Assembly (NCBI GenBank): GCA_964016885.1
Contig: OZ024749.1
Span: 46,004,001-46,068,000 of the forward strand
Length of the DNA stretch: 64,000 nucleotides
Reading direction: 5' to 3'
Origin: Eledone cirrhosa
Lineage: Eukaryota
The notes under the pieces: model-generated
Told to the model about the DNA's origin: nothing
Seen by the model: only the letters and a program-made list of their open reading frames with translations
The model's database searches: none
Translations under genes and position numbers: made by a program
Part shown: positions 61,114-64,000 of the stretch, in pieces
Numbering within the stretch: position 1 is the first letter of the stretch
Layout of the letters: each line of letters begins with the position of its first letter

Positions 61114-61217
61114 GTGTCTCACACGTGTCTCACAGGCACCCTCACTATTGCATGTATTATATATTTTTCTCATGTTCTCAATATTAAGGTATATAAATAT
61201 TGAGTTTTGTCATATAT

Positions 61218-61263
61218 TAATGTACTGGGTAATTGCTGGCCTTGTGCCAAAAGTAGAAACAAT
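61218..61263 (+). mobile_element. 5'-truncated SINE family A (tail only)
   Basis: TAATGTACTGGGTAATTGCTGGCCTTGTGCCAAAAGTAGAAACAAT matches the family tail. Confidence 0.85.
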
Positions 61264-61328
61264 ATATTACTCACTACCATGACTGAATCTTAACCATCTA
61301 CTATGTCAGGGTATGTCATGCATCATCT

Positions 61329-61395
61329 TATGTTATCTGATGAGGACGTACTGTTGAACTTAACTCAGTACCTCTGAAATATGTATAATAAAATA
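61329..61395 (+). ncRNA. Type I hammerhead ribozyme
   Basis: TATGTTAT-CTGATGA-GGACGTACTG(loop)CAGTACCTCT-GAAA-TATGTA-TA-ATAAAATA. Stem I 7/8 paired, stem II 9/10 paired, AUA triplet (cleavage predicted after 61387). Confidence 0.8.
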
Positions 61396-61445
61396 TACTT
61401 GATCACAAGAATATCTATTTTGTTAATAAATACTTTGAATTAATA

Positions 61446-61527
<82 letters not shown>

Positions 61528-61579
61528 TATATTAGTTTTGCGAGGTTTTTTATATGAAATCGTGTGTCGAAACAGATAT

Positions 61580-62013
61580 TGTTATATTTGGGGAGGGTCA
61601 TATTTGCGTAATATTGCCAGAATTAATAACAGAACACACTCACTGTTTGGTTGGTTTTCGCTTCTCGCTGTCTTTTATATATATATATCTGCGATCTAAC
61701 TTACTCGGTCCTCAATGTTGCCATTGACTGACCGGCGGTCAAAAATAATACAGATACAATATAGACAAACACATATATATATAGTTTACATAAATCTTTC
61801 GTTGCACATCTGCAACATCGTCAGTGGTGTTATATTCATTGTTCCTCCTGTTGTGTTGTATGTCTACGCCATTTTTTTTGAGGACCGAGTAAGTTAGATC
61901 GCAGATATATATATATAAAAGACAGCGAGAAGCGAAAACCAACCAAACAGTGAGTGTGTTCTGTTATTAATTCTGGCAATATTACGCAAATATGACCCTC
62001 CCCAAATATAACA
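61580..62013. mobile_element. 434-bp foldback/MITE-like element: 136-bp perfect terminal inverted repeats, TGT...ACA ends, ATAT flanks
   Basis: 61580-61715 is the exact reverse complement of 61878-62013, including the internal (AT)6. ATAT lies at 61576-79 and 62014-17. The spacer is 162 bp. Partial arms occur at 9916 and 31952. Confidence 0.85.
61779..61835 (-). ncRNA. Minimal type I hammerhead ribozyme motif inside the foldback spacer
   Basis: Minus strand: ATATA-ACAC-CA-CTGACGA-T-GTTGCA(GATG)TGCAAC-GAAA-GATT-TA-TG-TAAAC-TATAT. Perfect 6-bp stem II, extra U after the core, stem I interrupted by an internal loop. Confidence 0.6.
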
Positions 62014-62192
62014 ATATATAGATATATATATATATAAATATAATATATATATAGGGAAAAGACAGGACACGACCGCTGGCTTCGGGTCGTTACGACAGCT
62101 AGATCCGAACGCATATATTTATATATATATATATATGTGTGTGTGTGTTGCATTGCTCAGTAAATATGTTATATATGAGATACTAATCCTAT

Positions 62193-62281
62193 CACGTTTG
62201 ATGAGCTGCCGATTCCACAGTCGGGACCGATCACTACCTTTCGTAAATTGAGCTACTCGTTCGCGAAACGCGCGACACGTG
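62193..62281 (+). ncRNA. Decayed type I hammerhead ribozyme
   Basis: CACGT-TTGATGA-GC...GC-GAAA-CGCGCG-AC-ACGTG: 5-bp stem I and palindromic stem III. C3>T and U16.1>A substitutions. Confidence 0.55.
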
Positions 62282-62535
62282 TGACTAAATATAATGATGT
62301 TGTGTTGATAATTGCTTCTTATAATATATACATATATGCATGTACTCGGTTGCTACCTCTTCATTTACATCTTCATACTATTGCACATCACTCTTTCTGT
62401 CTTTCTGATATCCGATTTCTTTCATTTTGAATTGAGAGAAGGTTTCAACAAATCTTGAAGAGTATTTTAAGAAGATTGCACTCTCAAATATTAAAAAGAT
62501 TCCATCATACACCCGCCTGTGAGTGTTTTGTTAGT

Positions 62536-62578
<43 letters not shown>

Positions 62579-62583
62579 TATAC

Positions 62584-62654
<71 letters not shown>

Positions 62655-64000
62655 CATACATGCACACATGCATATATATAAATACATACACTGATACATA
62701 TATATATATATACATATACATACTTTATGTGTGTGCGTGCTTCTGTGTGCATGTGTGTGAGTGCCTGCATGCATGTTTTTGTAGCCATATGTGTATGCGA
62801 ATGCATGATCCCATAATTTAATTAATATAATGAAATAATAGCACCGCAATCTCCTTTCAGACACAGTAGATTAAAAAGCCCAGCTAGGATGATAAAGAGA
62901 AGGGGATAATTTTCAGTTGTAATGTCAACTTGGGAGTCAATGGAAATGTGCACCCTAAACAAAGGTACCGGATACACAGCCACATTTTCGTAAAAGGGCG
63001 CATTTAAAACAAAATGTCGAAAAATTATAATTTAATAACGCATTAGGAAATTGAGGCCAATCGGTAGGGGAAGAGAAACGTACCCTAGAAATATATATAT
63101 ATATATACGCAATACGCACATAAACACACACATGCATGTATGCATACACAAAGACAATTTCAGACACATAGACTTAGGCACACACCTCTAACTATTCATT
63201 ACATTTAAAGGGTTAGAAATGGATTAGTTTTCGAAAATCACCCTAAAATATTTCCTGCTCCTGTCTCCACTACTACTACTATTAACAACAACATCAAAAA
63301 CAACAACAGCAACAACAATAACAACAACAACAATAACAATAATAAGGATTAATATTTTTATTGCGTTCCTCATATGGATTTTACCGGGTTTTTTTTCTTT
63401 ATTCTCAAATTCTATTTAAATTCTGACTACTATAAAAGAACGTAGATTTCCAAGATTTTATACCATTAATTTATATATTTTCATCTTTTTTTTTCTTGGT
63501 TTCTGGATAAAGGCGAAGACGAATTAATTACTATATCATATACTCTTGTGTAGAAAATAAAATAGAAAACGCGAAACAAAATAGAGATAAAACAACCAAA
63601 ATATATTTCAATAAATGTAATAGAAAAATATAAAACAAATAAGATATATTATAATTTCTAGAGATTTTAAAACAAAAAGAAGTAGATAAAAAATACTATA
63701 AAAAGACATGATGTAATATTAAGTATATCATAAGTTAACGAAATATAAATACAAAAGAAAGAAATTGCCATAGTTGTTTTAATAATTATATTCATTTATT
63801 CTATATATATTTTAAAAGTGAGTTAAAAGTAGAAAGCAAAGATTTTAGAGTCACATAAATGTAATGATTTAAACACATTTATTTTTTTCCCTTTATTGTT
63901 ACTGCAACGGACGCACCATCATTCTCTGTTCAGTTTCATGTATCATTCTCCCGGTACCTCTTTCTTCTTTCTATTACCCTTTTTATTTTTTTTTGAGATA

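Overview
AT-rich, microsatellite-saturated eukaryotic non-coding DNA (intergenic or a large intron). It is most likely an octopus/coleoid cephalopod genome; this is inferred from recalling the dominant tRNA-derived SINE and was not checked by search. No intact protein-coding gene can be supported: almost every ORF in the track is a translation of (TA)n, (CA)n, (GA)n or triplet repeats. The identifiable content is transposon debris: about 15 copies or fragments of one tRNA-derived SINE family, an internally deleted RTE-type LINE, a mariner transposase pseudogene, and a 434-bp foldback element with perfect 136-bp arms. The most notable signal is an unannotated layer of self-cleaving ribozyme motifs. 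About 10 type I hammerhead-like motifs were found by eye (5 with essentially intact cores, 5 decayed). They usually lie a short distance from (TA)n tracts, and three sit between inverted repeats, as expected for Penelope-like element pseudo-LTR or retrozyme remnants. An HDV-like ribozyme fold marks the 5' end of the RTE derivative. All folds were made by hand and none was tested computationally or biochemically.
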